Assembly: GCA_026707585.1 (NCBI GenBank)
Contig: JAPOWQ010000006.1
Location: forward strand, 174,411-238,410
Direction: 5' to 3'
Source: Chloroflexota bacterium
GTDB lineage: Bacteria > Chloroflexota > UBA11872
DNA length: 64,000 bases
The stretch's first letter is position 1. Each line of letters starts with the position of its first letter. Positions 61,912 to 64,000 of the stretch are shown here, piece by piece. The translations under genes and the position numbers were made by a program. The notes under the pieces were generated by a model that saw only the letters and a program-made list of their open reading frames with translations, had not been told where the DNA came from and did no database searches.

Positions 61912-62754
61912 TCAGGCTGCGAAGAATGGATTGTTGGCCAACTCTTCGCCAACCGTTGTCGGCGGCCCGTGACCGGCGAACAGGCGCGTGGCCGCCGGCA
62001 AGGACAGGATCTGGGAACGAACGGCTGCCAAGTGCTCGGCGTAGTAGGCCGGACCCAAGGCCGTGCGGCCCAGCGATCCGGCAAAGATTGCGTCGCCCAC
62101 CAGCACGAGGTCGCGTAGCACCAATGAACTGTGTCCCGGCGCGTGTCCGGGCGTTCGGCGAGCCTGGACCTGGAACGGACCGGCCCGGAAGTGCTGGCCG
62201 TGGTCAAAGGTGCGAATGTCGGCCCCTGCGAGTGCCGGCAGCCGGGGCTGTTCGTTTGGGTGGAGCCAGATGGGGACGCTGAGCGCCGCGTGAATCGCTG
62301 GCAATGCGTCGATGTGGTCGGCGTCGGCATGGGTGACGAGGACGGCGACCGCCGTCCACTGCTCGTCGGCCAGCACGCCGAGAATCTGGTCCGGCACGGC
62401 GCCGGGATCCACGACCACGGCCTGGCCGGTTTCAACGTCGCCAATGACGTATTGGTAGACGCGCATGGGCGGATAGGGGATCACGCGGATGCGTACGCCG
62501 CCCTGGTCCAGCGCCACCGGATCGGGCACGTAGGCGTCCTGGGCAACGGCCAGCAGTCGTTCCGGATCAAGGTTCAGCACCGCCGCCAGGGCGTCGCTCT
62601 CGGCCTTGGTGGGGCTGCGGGCGCAGTCCTCAAGCGCCGCGAGATCGTCGGTGGAGATGCCGAGCCGGCCGGCGACGTCGCGCGCCGAGAGGTTCAGCCC
62701 GAACCGGGCCTTGCCGATGATGTCGCCGAATTCGTCTTCCAGCAGGTCGGTCAT
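61912..62754 (-). CDS. Fusion of N-terminal XRE-type HTH with MBL-fold metallo-hydrolase (glyoxalase II/hydroxyacylglutathione hydrolase-like)
   Basis: N-terminal 'IGKARFGLNLSARDVAGRLGISTDDLAALE' is an HTH_3. The MBL motif 'HADADHID' (HxHxDH) and downstream His/Asp ligands follow. Confidence 0.7.
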   Translation of the reverse strand: MTDLLEDEFGDIIGKARFGLNLSARDVAGRLGISTDDLAALEDCARSPTKAESDALAAVLNLDPERLLAVAQDAYVPDPVALDQGGVRIRVIPYPPMRVYQYVIGDVETGQAVVVDPGAVPDQILGVLADEQWTAVAVLVTHADADHIDALPAIHAALSVPIWLHPNEQPRLPALAGADIRTFDHGQHFRAGPFQVQARRTPGHAPGHSSLVLRDLVLVGDAIFAGSLGRTALGPAYYAEHLAAVRSQILSLPAATRLFAGHGPPTTVGEELANNPFFAA

Positions 62755-62819
62755 GGGGTCGTCAACCGGGGCGGCGGGGTGTCCACCCTGAGCTTCGCAC
62801 GAATGGCGGATGCCGTGCG

Positions 62820-64000
62820 TCAGGGCGGCGGGACATCGGCACTCGGACCGGATTCCGGCGGACTCTGCCGACGTTGCTGGTCCAGCCAGGCACGCACGAG
62901 CCGCAGTTCCTCGTAGGCGTAGTCGTCGCCGAGTAGCTGCCTGACCGGCGCGAGGGCCGGGGACTGCGTTCGCGCAAATGCCTCCGAGATCCGCGTCACT
63001 CGTTCCGGGGCCGGCAGTTCGCGGTCGAGCGGGAGCGTTTCGCCGGCGGCGATCAGGTGCTCCAGGTGGGACATGATGGTGGCCTCGGCCAGGCCGCGCC
63101 GCCGGCTGACGTCGGAGATTGAAAGCCCGCTGCGAAGGAGGTCCAACGTCTGGCGGTGGGTGGGACCTGCGCGGGTGGTCGAACGGGTGCGCCTCGTTCG
63201 ACGCTGTGGCCGCGGACGTTCGGCCAGGCCGCGCGAATCGGCGTAGTCTCCGATGACCTGGAGGAAGTCGTCCGCGAAGTCGTGCAATTTCACACGGCCG
63301 ACACCGGAGATGTGGGAAAAGCTCTGCCGGGTCTGTGGCAGGTAATGCGCCATTTCCTGTAGCGACCGGTCGCCGAATATCACGTAGGGCGGCACGCTGC
63401 GAGCTTGAGCCAGGCGGAACCGCAGGTCGCGCAGGCGGGCAAACAGGTCGCGGTCGAAGTCAAGGTCGACGACAGCGGGCTGCGGTTGGGGCGGGTCGAC
63501 GTCCTCGCGCTTGACGCGCGTGAGCGTCAGCGGCTCGCGCCGGCGCAGAAAGTCGCGGCCCTGGCGTGTCACGACGAGGGACCGGTAGCGGTCACCGCTG
63601 TGCCGCACCAGCCCGGCGTCTTCGAGCAGACTCACAATGTCGTAGAGCTCGACCCGATCATGGTCGCGGGCGATGCCGTGGACCGACAGGCGGTCGTGAC
63701 CCTGATCCCGCAGGCGGCGGGCGCGGCTGCCGCGCAGCACCTGGATCACGTGCGCGGCACCGAAGCGTTCGCCGGTGCGGATGATGGCCGAGAGGATTTT
63801 CTGGGCGATCTCGGTAGCGTCAAAGTCTTCGCGCTCGCTCAGACAGACGTCGCAACCGCCACAAGCTGTTTGGTCGTAGTCCTCGCCAAAGTATTCGAGC
63901 AGAAAGGCGCGACGACAGGTTTGCAGCTGGCCGTATTTGACCATCTGCTGCAGTTTCTGCCTCGCGCGGACACGCTCAGACTCGTCCTCCGTCCGCTCGA
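62820..64000 (-). CDS. recQ: ATP-dependent DNA helicase RecQ, C-terminal part (Zn-binding/RQC winged helix + HRDC + extra C-terminal HTH-like region); 5' part lies beyond the window
   Basis: 'MVKYGQLQTCRRAFLLEYFGE...CGGCDVC' is the RecQ zinc-binding signature, and 'VPPYVIFGDRSLQEMA' is the HRDC. Hand translation shows the frame stays open past 63944 to the window edge ('...ERVRARQKLQQMVKY'). Confidence 0.8.
   Translation of the reverse strand, partial: ERTEDESERVRARQKLQQMVKYGQLQTCRRAFLLEYFGEDYDQTACGGCDVCLSEREDFDATEIAQKILSAIIRTGERFGAAHVIQVLRGSRARRLRDQGHDRLSVHGIARDHDRVELYDIVSLLEDAGLVRHSGDRYRSLVVTRQGRDFLRRREPLTLTRVKREDVDPPQPQPAVVDLDFDRDLFARLRDLRFRLAQARSVPPYVIFGDRSLQEMAHYLPQTRQSFSHISGVGRVKLHDFADDFLQVIGDYADSRGLAERPRPQRRTRRTRSTTRAGPTHRQTLDLLRSGLSISDVSRRRGLAEATIMSHLEHLIAAGETLPLDRELPAPERVTRISEAFARTQSPALAPVRQLLGDDYAYEELRLVRAWLDQQRRQSPPESGPSADVPPP

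Overview
High-GC (~70%) bacterial chromosomal segment, gene-dense on both strands. The many long antisense ORFs in the track are GC artefacts. Protein-level matches (caa3 oxidase with Bacillus-type CtaG, a short RpoD, class II RNR, Trk) suggest Chloroflexi/Thermomicrobia or Deinococcus-Thermus. Mostly housekeeping. In order: a 5'-truncated M29 aminopeptidase; an OmpR-type two-component pair flanked by lipoproteins; two tandem near-identical enolase-superfamily (ManD/GalD-like) dehydratase genes with an orphan DUF2283 gene between them; a heterodimeric ABC exporter pair; Gfo/Idh/MocA oxidoreductases; a lower-GC PD-(D/E)xK nuclease-fold gene; tig-clpP-clpX with a tRNA-Leu(UAG); sodA; a SIMPL protein; trkH/trkA; B12-dependent RNR nrdJ behind an AT-rich palindromic leader; a sugar isomerase/GNAT/aminotransferase block; a tandem Yip1 pair; lactonase-pckA; creatininase; epimerase; DUF72; a GT4 glycosyltransferase; RraA; proC; comEA/comEC; two tandem moeA paralogues; groEL with an upstream leader holding a perfect 25-bp hairpin and four TGTGTCCA direct repeats; rpoD; the caa3 cytochrome oxidase operon plus ctaG; an HTH-MBL fusion; and the 3' end of recQ. 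The most notable region is a clearly lower-GC island (~51.5-55.65 kb) between rpoD and the oxidase cluster. It encodes a protein with a DUF4062-like N-domain and ~340 aa of unknown sequence, and, divergently, a small 'WWAN'-motif protein that overlaps (ATGA) a beta-class amino-MTase fused to an HNH nuclease and interrupted by one in-frame TAA, plus another small ORF. This looks like a horizontally acquired, possibly undescribed defence/R-M-like module. Hand-located motif coordinates may be off by a base or two; CDS coordinates follow the ORF track frames.
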